A stretch of 57,932 bases of DNA from Nostoc sp. (lineage in GTDB: Bacteria > Cyanobacteriota > Cyanobacteriia > Cyanobacteriales > Nostocaceae): assembly GCA_036918135.1 (NCBI GenBank), contig JBALDB010000010.1, forward strand, positions 1 through 57,932, in the 5' to 3' direction. Positions 1-9,640 of this stretch are shown here, piece by piece. The translations under genes and the position numbers were made by a program. The notes beneath the pieces were generated by a model that was given only the letters and a program-made list of their open reading frames with translations, ran no database searches and was not told the origin of the DNA. The number at the start of each line of letters is the position of its first letter. The stretch's first letter is position 1.

Positions 1-85
1 GTCAAAAGGTTTACTTTGATGCATTCATTGACCTTGCTACTATCCACATCTGGATTAACAAAATATTATTAGTGGGATAGGTTCA
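1..85 (+). mobile_element. 3' end of an IS5-family insertion sequence (transposase C-terminus plus right end), truncated by window edge
   Basis: Frame starting at nt 3 reads QKVYFDAFIDLATIHIWINKILLVG* (stop 78-80), resembling C-termini of cyanobacterial IS5-family transposases; missed by the ORF track because it is partial. Confidence 0.7.
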
Positions 86-775
86 TTATCTGTTGGTTGA
101 TTTTGCAGCCCATTCTTCTTTTGGCTTAAACCCATATTCAAAAATTCCTTTTAAACCCTCAACTTCGCTTATTGAACTAAATCGTTCCTCCCAACGTCGT
201 AGGGTATTTTCCAGTAGCGGCTGATTGAGTGAGTAAAGTTCGCTATTGTTTGCGCCGTTATGATAGGAAAAAGGATAAAAAAGCGTGTGATCCACAGAGA
301 AGCAGAAATCTGGCTCTCCATACTCCAGACCACCACAAATCAACAACTCGCCAAGGAATCTCACCCAAGCTCGAATTGGCTGATGAGGGCATTCTTCAAT
401 GCGGACAAAGACCAGCAGCAGATCGACTTGCATCACTAGCTCTTCAATGGCAGCAGGATACTCGCGTATAGCTTTTAATACGTGTTCAATGTATTCTTCA
501 TAAGAGTTTCCTGGTTGCCACTCAAGCACCACTCCCTTAATGTCTGATTCGCTGCTTGGGCTAAAGAAGGCTTTCCAAACTCTTGCTAGCTCGTCATAAG
601 CATCTATAGTTCCTATCGTGCTATCGATGTACCAAGCATTGACGAATTGAGTCGAGAGGGAAGTAAAATCGAATGGTAGAACTATACACCACCTGCCAGC
701 ACTTTTTTTACCCCCCCAAGTGTCATATAGAGGTACGATTGGATCTGCTGTTTTGTCAATTGATTGATTATGCAT
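86..775 (-). CDS. hypothetical protein (229 aa)
   Basis: Long ORF, ATG start, 30 nt downstream of dacB on same strand; no recognised motif. Confidence 0.65.
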   Translation of the reverse strand: MHNQSIDKTADPIVPLYDTWGGKKSAGRWCIVLPFDFTSLSTQFVNAWYIDSTIGTIDAYDELARVWKAFFSPSSESDIKGVVLEWQPGNSYEEYIEHVLKAIREYPAAIEELVMQVDLLLVFVRIEECPHQPIRAWVRFLGELLICGGLEYGEPDFCFSVDHTLFYPFSYHNGANNSELYSLNQPLLENTLRRWEERFSSISEVEGLKGIFEYGFKPKEEWAAKSTNR

Positions 776-805
776 ATTAATCTATTTATAATCTCTCAAT
801 TTTTA

Positions 806-2296
806 TTAACAACGCTGCAACTCGGCTAACAAAACGACAATTTCATCAATTGCTTGGCGCACAACTGTCGCAGGTTGTTCCGATTGATTGACAATAATAC
901 TAAAAACTAACGGTTGATACTTAGGTGCATTGACATATCCAGACAGAGAAACTACACCTGTTAACGTACCTGTTTTAGCTTGCACAATACCCTCAGCTGG
1001 TGTGTTTTGGAAACGGTCTTTTAAGGTTCCACTTTTACCAGCTACAGGTAAAGATGCGCGATATATAGATGCTGCTGGCGTTCTTGCCATTCCCCGCAAA
1101 GTTTGTACAAAAGCTTCTGGTGTTACTAAGTCACGACGTGATAAACCAGAACCATCTACTAAAACATAATTTGCTGGATCGACTCCCAATTGAGTTAAAC
1201 TCGCTTTCACAACTTCCAAACCTACATCAGTGCTAGTCTGATTTTTCATTCGCAGTTTTTTTGCAGATAATGCTCTTAATAATGCTTCAGCATAAAGATT
1301 ATTACTATTCTGAAGAGTTTCCATCAATAATTCAGATAAAGGTGGTGACTCTACAAATGCTATTTCCTGTTGATTAATCCCACCAGATACTACTAATGTT
1401 TTTCCTAAAGGAATTTTTTCTTTTGCTAAAGCAGTACGGAAGCGTCGTAAAAAGTAATAATTAGGATCGACTACAGGTAAATCTAATGAGTAAGGTTCAG
1501 AATTTGCTGTTAATTGTCCTTGAATTCGCAATATTGTTCCCGATAACTCGCGGGTGACATTGATATAAATCGGTTGATTTTGGGCAATGGTTACTGACTG
1601 ATTAATTGTCTGCCACTGTCTCGCTTCGTTAGGGTCGTCCCAGACTATTTGTAAAGGTTTACCTACAGCTTGAGGTACTAGTTTTAAACTAAAAATATTC
1701 TGATTAACAATAAAACTGTCTACTGGTGCGCCATAATCTGACTGTACATCTTCCCATTGCCAGGTGGGATTAACAATATCTCCTTGAATATAATTATCAT
1801 CGGCGATTAACTCTTGAATTTGAGTAATACCTTTGTGTTTCAATTGTTGTGCTAATGCTTGCAGTTGAGTATCACTTAAACTAGGATCTCCCCTACCAAC
1901 AACCCGTAAAACACCATTACTATTTTGATAAATAGAAGTACGAATCCGAAAATTAGCACCCAACTGTTGTAATGCAGCTGCTGTTGTTAGCAACTTCATG
2001 TTAGAGGCTGGAGTAAAGTATTTCTCAGCATCTCGATTGTAAAGAGTTAACCCCACTGACAAAGGTTGCACCAAAATTCCCCAACGCATCCGACTAAATA
2101 GAGGACGATTGATAACAGCATCTACAGCTGTTCTCAATTGACTAGAGCAAATTGATTTTGTAGTAGTTGTAGGTGCAGTAGGTGCAGTAGGTGCAGCTGG
2201 GGTTTGTGCTTTCCCAACTCTAGAACTAAATGCTATCTGGGTGGTCAAAAATATTAATAAAATAGTCAGTGGTTGATTGAAAGTCTTAAGTTTCAC
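806..2296 (-). CDS. dacB: D-alanyl-D-alanine carboxypeptidase/endopeptidase (PBP4, peptidase S13)
   Basis: SxxK (PASNMK), SxN (SNN), KTG (AKTGTL), DGSGLSR motifs; signal peptide. Confidence 0.95.
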   Translation of the reverse strand: MKLKTFNQPLTILLIFLTTQIAFSSRVGKAQTPAAPTAPTAPTTTTKSICSSQLRTAVDAVINRPLFSRMRWGILVQPLSVGLTLYNRDAEKYFTPASNMKLLTTAAALQQLGANFRIRTSIYQNSNGVLRVVGRGDPSLSDTQLQALAQQLKHKGITQIQELIADDNYIQGDIVNPTWQWEDVQSDYGAPVDSFIVNQNIFSLKLVPQAVGKPLQIVWDDPNEARQWQTINQSVTIAQNQPIYINVTRELSGTILRIQGQLTANSEPYSLDLPVVDPNYYFLRRFRTALAKEKIPLGKTLVVSGGINQQEIAFVESPPLSELLMETLQNSNNLYAEALLRALSAKKLRMKNQTSTDVGLEVVKASLTQLGVDPANYVLVDGSGLSRRDLVTPEAFVQTLRGMARTPAASIYRASLPVAGKSGTLKDRFQNTPAEGIVQAKTGTLTGVVSLSGYVNAPKYQPLVFSIIVNQSEQPATVVRQAIDEIVVLLAELQRC

Positions 2297-2504
2297 CTAT
2301 ACTCCTTATCCCAATGATAAATAATTTTACTTTGCCAGCAATTTTTTCCTCTTAAAGAAAAATATCTCAGTAAAGTTACTTAACTAGTATAAAGAAGATG
2401 TTTACAAATTTACAGCATTTTTCATGTATTTGAAGCACAATTTTCTGTATCGCTCCACGGCTAACTACACATCACCGGAAAATAGGTTAGAAATTTGCTT
2501 TGTG

Positions 2505-2555
2505 GTAGGTTGAGTTGAGCAAAGCGAAACCCAACATTTACGCGTTTGTTGGGTT
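2505..2555. repeat. REP-like palindromic element
   Basis: GTAGGTTGAGTTGAGC...GAAACCCAACA...TGTTGGGTT; GTAG-initiated imperfect palindrome. Confidence 0.5.
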
Positions 2556-3108
2556 GTGTTACACGCCAATACACCTTATTCTTGTTTTAAGAGGATACAC
2601 ACAAAAGTCAACGTTCTATCTGTAATTTAGACACAAAAACGCTAACCATTCCGCAGTTAATTAAAAATTTTTCGATAAAAAATTAACTTTTTGCTGTCTC
2701 TATTTCCTTTTTTATATAGACGAAGACGGCTTTTACTCAAAAGCAATCAACCTATATTCTCAAAGTGAATTATATCAGACTAATATTGCGATCGCTAATA
2801 GATACGAAACAGAATTTTATTTGTCAAACTCCAGATAATACTGACTTATTTTGACTTTCAAGGTAATTGAATATTCACAAATCCAATACCTATGCCTCAT
2901 TTAGACTGAAACAGAGAATTATTTTAATAATTGATTAAGCAGACTAGTTATCGAATAAAATGTTCCAGCTTTTGACAACAAAGCTTTTTCTTGCCAATGA
3001 AACTTACATCACTAGTTTGGGAATAATAAATCGTGCTGGAGAAACATTTAAAAATAATTCCAGCACATTAGGTGTATTTTTTTTGGCGATTACAGGAGCA
3101 AATTCTTC

Positions 3109-3903
3109 ATGAAAGTAAGTTTATCAGGGGCTAAGCTGGGTAGTGCGATTGTTAGCAGTAGTTTGGCCGCAGCAATTATTGGTTTGAGTAGTTCCAGTGC
3201 TTTTGCCGCTCAATTCATTACAATTAAAACCACTGGCACATTATCAGGAACTATCGAACTTCCCAGAAATAATCCTAATTTCAATAATAGTATTACTCGT
3301 ATTGATACGGATGACACTGGAACTTATTACCGTAACTTAGGTACTAATAATAATCCTAATTATGTTCCTGTATACAAGTCAGACTATTTGCAGGTGGAAA
3401 CGCGTTCTGATGGAAGTCTGCATTACTTCGTTGACTTTAAAGGCATTCCCTTTGTCTCCTTCGATGGTGTCCTCACATCGCCGATTCTCTCTAATGGTCA
3501 GTTGACTCCTTTTGTTTACCAAGGACAATTGCCAGGAACCACATTTCAAGGAGTAGTCCAAGATGAATTTAATTTTATCAAAGCTTTCTACACTGGGACT
3601 GTCACCGACCCAGACACCAAAAAGCAATATCAGGGCACTTTTGAAATAAATGGGTATGGAGAACGATATAGCGATCGCAATGGTGGTTTAACTCCGACAG
3701 TTTTTGATTTCCAGTCCGATATCCCTGGCTCACCAACTATAACATCTTTGACTTTGACTAACATTCCCTTGGTGAATTTGAGTATCAAAGTACCTATACC
3801 TGTAAATGAAACTTCTATCCCAGAACCCGCTAGCATTCTTGGAACTCTAATGTTAGCTGCTTTTGGTACGATCCTTAAAAGGAAAACGTTGACTGATGAC
3901 TAA
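3109..3903 (+). CDS. PEP-CTERM sorting-domain surface protein
   Basis: Signal peptide (SSAFAA); C-terminal IPEPASILGTLMLAAFGTILKRK (PEP + TM + basic tail); AGGAG RBS. Confidence 0.9.
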   Translation: MKVSLSGAKLGSAIVSSSLAAAIIGLSSSSAFAAQFITIKTTGTLSGTIELPRNNPNFNNSITRIDTDDTGTYYRNLGTNNNPNYVPVYKSDYLQVETRSDGSLHYFVDFKGIPFVSFDGVLTSPILSNGQLTPFVYQGQLPGTTFQGVVQDEFNFIKAFYTGTVTDPDTKKQYQGTFEINGYGERYSDRNGGLTPTVFDFQSDIPGSPTITSLTLTNIPLVNLSIKVPIPVNETSIPEPASILGTLMLAAFGTILKRKTLTDD

Positions 3904-3933
3904 TGAGTGATGAGTGTTAAGCCTCAACGAGCT

Positions 3934-3989
3934 AAAAAGGCGTCTTTCATCCCATCCTGAGAAAGAATGGGTTTTCCTGACGCCTTTTT
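3934..3989. terminator. bidirectional hairpin between convergent genes
   Basis: AAAAAGGCGTC...GACGCCTTTTT perfect 11-bp inverted repeat. Confidence 0.6.
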
Positions 3990-3999
3990 ACAAATTTTC

Positions 4000-5001
4000 T
4001 TAGCCGTTAAAAACGCGACTGCGCCACTTATTTAGACGGGCTTCGCCAACTGCGGCTAAGCGTCGAGCATCAGCAATTTGCTCTTGCAATGAGGTAATCT
4101 GTTTTGCTTGGGCGTCGGCCTGCTCCTGCAAAGATGCAGATTCATCTGCACTTTTAAAACTAGAAGACTGCGAACTAGTGGTAAATTGTGTTGTACCTAT
4201 GCTGGCAAAGGGTCGTAACTCTGCTAGTTGTTGCTGTAAAGCTGCAATCTGGCTTTCTTGTTCTTGAATTTTTTGCCGCAAGCTTTGTTCGACTCCTTTA
4301 CTAGCTGCAACAAATGTATTAACTCCAGCAGATTCCGGCTTGGGTTTGAATAGTTCAGCTAACAATGCACCAACGTCCGTAGATTTAAGTTTACCGTAAG
4401 GAGTGTTGGTAATTAGCGATCGCACTAATTGGGGTTTATTATTCGACGCTGGGTTCTTGTCGCTGCTGGAATTACTCCGTACTAGTTGCAGCATATTGGT
4501 AAATTCCAGTATTTTTTGACCAGTTTGAGTTTTGTAACCCCGGTAATATGGCACTATGTTGTCGCCAAAGGCATTTAAATACTCGTCGCTATCAAGATAA
4601 GAATCAATATCTGCTTCAAAACCCTGTTCGTCTAAAATGTTGCTGTGATATTTCATCTCGGAGTAGTCATCAGGAGCGCGACCCAATAGATGCTTGAAGT
4701 TTAATTCTATAGCACGGTAGCGGTAAACTTTATCAAAAAATCTGGAGCGATACAACTCTGATTTGGCAAGTTGACGCACGAACTCACGAACACTAATTAT
4801 CCCTTGCTTGAGCTGTGATTCTGGGGCAATGAGGCGTTCACTTTCCATCACGTAAGCATTGCCCAAAACTTGCCGATAAACTCCCGCAATCACAATTTCG
4901 ATCTCGTCAACTGAAGCACCAGACCACAGTTCAATGGTTTGTGTTTGGGAAAATGCTTGATACTGGCTTTGTCTAATTTCGTCATCTGAAAGGCTTGGCA
5001 T
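4000..5001 (-). CDS. phycobilisome linker polypeptide (PBS linker domain plus C-terminal coiled coil), probably PE-associated
   Basis: [41 protein letters not shown]; tail lacks CpcD domain and is Q/E-rich heptad sequence. Confidence 0.9.
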   Translation of the reverse strand: MPSLSDDEIRQSQYQAFSQTQTIELWSGASVDEIEIVIAGVYRQVLGNAYVMESERLIAPESQLKQGIISVREFVRQLAKSELYRSRFFDKVYRYRAIELNFKHLLGRAPDDYSEMKYHSNILDEQGFEADIDSYLDSDEYLNAFGDNIVPYYRGYKTQTGQKILEFTNMLQLVRSNSSSDKNPASNNKPQLVRSLITNTPYGKLKSTDVGALLAELFKPKPESAGVNTFVAASKGVEQSLRQKIQEQESQIAALQQQLAELRPFASIGTTQFTTSSQSSSFKSADESASLQEQADAQAKQITSLQEQIADARRLAAVGEARLNKWRSRVFNG

Positions 5002-5404
5002 AGTTTAATTATTGTGGGTAGGTGTGACTAATGGTTCAGACTTAAGGTTAAGGACGTTGGCAAGGAATCTATTGATATCCGTTGTAATACTTTGTTTGGG
5101 TTTTATAGCCCTGCTAAAACGGCACTATATCTTCGCCAAATCCAGCTTTGTATTCATTGCTATCGATTTCTAATTAAGATATAAGTTATCAAGTTTTGAG
5201 ATATTTTTTAGTTACATTTTCTAACAAACTTAGACGGCTAACGGTTAATAACTAACAGCTAATCATCTATAAAAATTAGCAGCAAGATATTAACAGTTAG
5301 CCGTCAACCCTCTACAGGAGGAATTAAAAATTTAAGACTTATTGATTTTTGAACTTTTCATCAGAGCAGATTCCCAAGTCGAATCAAGCTAGCAAGAATT
5401 TTTC

Positions 5405-5710
5405 TTAACCACGCACATCAAATCTAGTGTAGAAACCGCCGTATTTTATCCAGTATTGTTTCAAGGTGTGATGAGGTGTATGTAAACTTGCTTTTGCTTG
5501 ATATAGAATTACTTGGCGATGATCGCCCATCCAAATTTTATTAACGGGGTCAACAGATATTACTGTTCCTCCTAAAGAAGCAACGCATTCAGAAAACCTT
5601 TCAATCGTCGTATATTCTAATGTCTCGAAGATAAAAAAGTTACCCGAACAAATCAAGTGACGACTGCGAATCCAGCAGCGCATTTTTTTTTCAGCCTGTG
5701 GAGGTAACAT
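5405..5710 (-). CDS. cpeR: phycoerythrin operon regulator CpeR
   Basis: MLPPQAEKKMRCWIRSRHLICSGNFFIFET...; last gene of cpe linker operon; ATG at 5710 preferred. Confidence 0.92.
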   Translation of the reverse strand: MLPPQAEKKMRCWIRSRHLICSGNFFIFETLEYTTIERFSECVASLGGTVISVDPVNKIWMGDHRQVILYQAKASLHTPHHTLKQYWIKYGGFYTRFDVRG

Positions 5711-5736
5711 TTTAGGTTTAATAAATTCCAGCTGAA

Positions 5737-6366
5737 TTAACATAATGCACTCACCGCATCTAATTCATCAGCAAAACTTTCTCGTTTTTCAAAGCGTAAA
5801 GGCCCAGCAGTCGATCCCCATATTTGTTGATGGGTTTCAATATCCATGCCTTTATCCAAACTTATCCAAGTATGCTCGGTTATTTCTACTTCGCTAGCAA
5901 GATATGTTTGGTGACCGTTGCGAAGAATTAGGCATTGATTGCCTGCTTCCACACTACCGCGAAACATTTCACCTTCTCGGACAAAAACCATCGAACAGTG
6001 ATAGCGCCGTTGAATGCTTTCTGGAGTGATGGTTTTGAGGATATCTAGTTCGCGAGCAGCACCTGCATAAAGTATAGGGTCTTTCAAGCTGTAATTTTCG
6101 ATATAAATGCGATCGCCCCAATCTACTAATTTATGTACTCCCTGGCGATAGGGTGTCCATAAATCATGGTCATATGCTTGTTCAGAATAAAAACCAATGG
6201 CTGAAAAAAACTCAAATGGTAAAGGACGAAAAAAAATGTGAATGTGGGCGTAAAGTTGAGGATTTGCAAAAGATTGCTTTTGGTTGCTAAAATCTCCTGC
6301 CATCCAACAAGCTAAGGTGAGCAAATCGCTGGACTTGGTGCTAGAGTCACTGGGAGCTATTGTCAT
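5737..6366 (-). CDS. cpeT: CpcT/CpeT-family bilin lyase
   Basis: WMAGDFSNQKQ, AHIHIFFRPLP, YSEQAYD..PYRQ, WGS..GP; between cpeS and cpeR; ATG 6366 with GAGG RBS. Confidence 0.92.
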   Translation of the reverse strand: MTIAPSDSSTKSSDLLTLACWMAGDFSNQKQSFANPQLYAHIHIFFRPLPFEFFSAIGFYSEQAYDHDLWTPYRQGVHKLVDWGDRIYIENYSLKDPILYAGAARELDILKTITPESIQRRYHCSMVFVREGEMFRGSVEAGNQCLILRNGHQTYLASEVEITEHTWISLDKGMDIETHQQIWGSTAGPLRFEKRESFADELDAVSALC

Positions 6367-6553
6367 ATTTAACCTCAGGAGTGACAAGACAAAACTAGTG
6401 CAAGAAGGCAAAGGGCAAAACAAAGAAGTTTTACTCTTAGGCTTTTTGCCTATTTTCAGATGATAGGTTTATTTTTGCCTTATTGTACTAAATGATTTCT
6501 TTAACAGCTATTAGTAAACAGTGTTATTGACTTAATTTTTTAACCTAATATTG

Positions 6554-7090
6554 CTAACTCGTTGAACTTGACAAAGACCGAATCTCTGAAGAAAAGGAAG
6601 CCGTTGTCACACCTTTACCATCGCTGGTTTTGATCAGCGATACGCGAAATCGCAGATTTGGGTTAGCAAACCAAATTCGCTCTTCGGCAGCAGCCAGGTC
6701 ATACTCTGTCACTAAGGTAAAAATACCATCGTCACTCAGGTGGTACTTACCTACTGCTGGGATTATTTCGGCATATCCCTTTTCCCGCAGAAGCTTACCT
6801 GTAGAAGGATTTTCGACATCGGGAATTGGTACCAGCACGGTACTACCAGAGATTGGTTTATCGTCCCAATCTGATTCACCTTCCCAAGTCATCCGAAAGG
6901 GATGAGTGATACTGCCGAGGTCAGCATCATATAATTTACATATTTCTCGCACCGCTGGATCGTCATGAGATAGAGACTCAATATCGATGGTAGACAGCAC
7001 TTCTTCAAAATGAGCGAATGCTAAATGATGACCGCTACGCTGCGATCGCCATCGTCCAATTGAAAGTTCAAAAAATTCAATAATTTTCAT
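6554..7090 (-). CDS. cpeS: CpcS/CpeS-family bilin lyase
   Basis: FFELSIGRWRSQRSGHHL, EERIWFANPNLR, ASFSSEIR. Confidence 0.92.
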   Translation of the reverse strand: MKIIEFFELSIGRWRSQRSGHHLAFAHFEEVLSTIDIESLSHDDPAVREICKLYDADLGSITHPFRMTWEGESDWDDKPISGSTVLVPIPDVENPSTGKLLREKGYAEIIPAVGKYHLSDDGIFTLVTEYDLAAAEERIWFANPNLRFRVSLIKTSDGKGVTTASFSSEIRSLSSSTS

Positions 7091-7488
7091 TACAAAAGCG
7101 ATTTCAAAAAAACAGCTTATAATCCGATAAATCTTTTGGTTAAAGAGTTATTCTCTGACTCTATTTACTATTGATATACGATTTTCCTATCTTTAAATAT
7201 ATTCATTACCAAAATTGGCTCCCTATTGTTTAACTATTGCGGCTCCTGGATTTTGACTTCTGGATTGGAATATTTCTGTTCAATACCATAGAGACCCTAC
7301 TAAATTACGAGTCTTAGTTGAATAAATCCACAATCCTAAAATGATAAAAATGTTTATTTTATTTTCAGTCGAACGTGGGACTTAAGAATTAGGGACTGGG
7401 TACTAGGTACTAGCGACTGGGGAAACAAGGAGAATAATCCATGCCCTGTTTGACCAATGCCCAATACCCTATACCTAATCCCTATTTT

Positions 7489-8247
7489 TTAAACAATCTC
7501 TGTGATACTAACAATCTTGCCACTAGTGCGATTGATCCGCTGAATTTGCGGTGTCATCTTGCTAGCAGGAACAATGTATTCTGTTGTAGCACGGCGGCGG
7601 GGATTATCAAATTTTCCACTTCCACCCTGAACGAGGATCTTAAATCTCTTTTCAGTACTACCAATCACAGAAGGTAGCTTAATTTTAATCGGGCTATTGG
7701 TTGCTACTGAGTACACCAACTGAGAAGACTTAATGGCACTTGAGGTTTCGGCTACACCGCGAACAATCCCAAAAATCCGGTTATAGCCGACTTGCTTTTG
7801 TCCTACTTGGCTACTGTTTCCCCGATAGTAGGGTACAATGTTTTCACCAAAGGTAGCCTCGTATTCAGGGCTATCGAGGTAGGAGTCGATCTCAGCATCA
7901 TAACCGCTTTCAACGGTACGACGGATATGCTCAGAAACCTCTGTCTGCTCTAAGGGAGCGCGACCTAGCAGATGTTTAAAGTTGAGTTCAATGAACCGAT
8001 AGGGAGCAGTGGTTTCAAAAAATCGAGTCCGGTAAATTTCGGACTTGGCAACAATTCGCACAAACTCACGGACGCTGATTTTGCGATCGCGCAATTGCGA
8101 TTCCCCAATCACGAGGCGCTGACTTTCTAACAAGTGAGCGTTACCCAAAACTTGCTTATAGACGGCTCGAATCACTGCTTCCACTTCTTCAGTAGAGTTA
8201 GTTGGCCGTAGCTCTACTTGAGAGGAATTTATAACTATGCTTCCCAT
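7489..8247 (-). CDS. cpeD: phycoerythrin-associated rod linker CpeD
   Basis: PBS linker domain plus C-terminal EYIVPASKMTPQIQRINRTSGKIVSITEIV typical of CpeD. Confidence 0.8.
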   Translation of the reverse strand: MGSIVINSSQVELRPTNSTEEVEAVIRAVYKQVLGNAHLLESQRLVIGESQLRDRKISVREFVRIVAKSEIYRTRFFETTAPYRFIELNFKHLLGRAPLEQTEVSEHIRRTVESGYDAEIDSYLDSPEYEATFGENIVPYYRGNSSQVGQKQVGYNRIFGIVRGVAETSSAIKSSQLVYSVATNSPIKIKLPSVIGSTEKRFKILVQGGSGKFDNPRRRATTEYIVPASKMTPQIQRINRTSGKIVSITEIV

Positions 8248-8283
8248 TTACGTGTTTCCCAAGCTTCGTTTGTGGTTAATTTT

Positions 8284-9147
8284 CTAGTTAACAGGAGTAA
8301 TACTGGCAATTACACCGCCCTGCTTGTGAATCCGCTGATATTCTTCTGATAGCTGATTGTAGGGCACGAAATATACCTGGTTACTACGGCGAAACTTGGA
8401 AATGCGATTTACTGTATTCGCTTTGTAGCCAGTGACTTCAATCCGGTAAACTTTACCATCTTCACCCGCTCCTACACCTTGACGAGTGCGAGGAGTAGAG
8501 GTGGGATTGCGGAATGTCGCACCACTGCTGCCTGGTGAAACCACAGGGGTAGGTATGTTTTGAATCAGCAGACTATTTAATTTTGGCTGTTTGCCAGCTA
8601 AGTCACCTTTAAGACTGCTGCTAGCAGAACCACGTACCAATTGAAATAAGTGGGTAAACTGAACCAAACCTTGAATTGCTTCAGTTTTATAACCCCGAAT
8701 ATAAGGTACGGTATTTTCTCCAAAGGTTTCTTGATATTCGTCGCTGTCTATATAGGAATCAATCTCCGCTTCAAAGCCCTTTGTATCCAGAATCGTGCTG
8801 TGTGCCCGGGTTTCTTCTAGATCCAATGGCGCACGACCAAGTAGATGTCTAAAATTCAACTCAATCGCTCTATAGCGAGCAGTGTTATCAAAAAACCGCG
8901 AGCGGTAAAGCTCTGACTTTCCGACTTGACGCACAAACTCGCGAACGCTAATTTCACCCCGTTTGAGTTGGGATTCAGGAACGGTCAGCCGCTCGCTCTC
9001 CATTACATAAGCATTGCCCAAAACTTGCTTATAGACGGATCTAATTACGGTTTCAACTTCCTCATTAGAGCGACTTGGCCACAAATCGATCGGATCGGTA
9101 TTCTCAAACGGAGCCACCCCTAATCGTGATGCTGGTCCGAAAGCCAT
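8284..9147 (-). CDS. cpeC: phycoerythrin-associated rod linker CpeC
   Basis: MAFGPASRLG N-terminus; C-terminal LSEEYQRIHKQGGVIASITPV; GGGAG RBS. Confidence 0.92.
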   Translation of the reverse strand: MAFGPASRLGVAPFENTDPIDLWPSRSNEEVETVIRSVYKQVLGNAYVMESERLTVPESQLKRGEISVREFVRQVGKSELYRSRFFDNTARYRAIELNFRHLLGRAPLDLEETRAHSTILDTKGFEAEIDSYIDSDEYQETFGENTVPYIRGYKTEAIQGLVQFTHLFQLVRGSASSSLKGDLAGKQPKLNSLLIQNIPTPVVSPGSSGATFRNPTSTPRTRQGVGAGEDGKVYRIEVTGYKANTVNRISKFRRSNQVYFVPYNQLSEEYQRIHKQGGVIASITPVN

Positions 9148-9211
9148 TCAAACTATCTCCCAGTTAAAAACTAAATTTTATGAGAACATTGTGCAGCAGA
9201 TGTTAAAAAAC

Positions 9212-9229
9212 TTTACATTGCTTAACAAA
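9212..9229 (+). promoter_or_regulatory. HLR1-like (RpaB) direct repeat upstream of cpeC
   Basis: TTTACATT-GC-TTAACAAA vs consensus (G/T)TTACA(T/A)(T/A)-N2 repeat. Confidence 0.5.
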
Positions 9230-9337
9230 ATCAAAACCACTAAGTCTTTGAAAGTCTTATTAGCCATCGTTATTTAAGTTTTTTTGAGTTTTTTACATCG
9301 TTTGCCTTTACACATTTTGATACGATGCTGAAACGAT

Positions 9338-9356
9338 ATTTGTTAAAAATTGTTAA
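9338..9356 (-). promoter_or_regulatory. second HLR1-like / TTGTTA-N4-TTGTTA direct repeat upstream of cpeC
   Basis: TTGTTA AAAA TTGTTA at 9340-9355 (+); minus strand TTAACAAT-TT-TTAACAAA. Confidence 0.5.
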
Positions 9357-9640
9357 GTAAAATAACACTTTTGAGAAATTTAAGCTTTTTTTTAGTATTG
9401 AATTGATTATTAGGGTACAAGTAGTGGTAAATAAGTATGCAAAAGTATTAGTCGTAAGCTGCCCATAGCCTAGCAGTTAGAGAAAAAGGGTATGGCGATC
9501 GCATAAGGAATTCGGCTCGTCAGTGCTGATGTTGCATTTGATGCCTATTCATTTTACGGGTGGTGTAAAAGTACAAAGGATTTAACTTGCAAGTAATTTC
9601 TTAGTTAACTAAATTGTTCGTTTTTATTTGACTTTTAACA

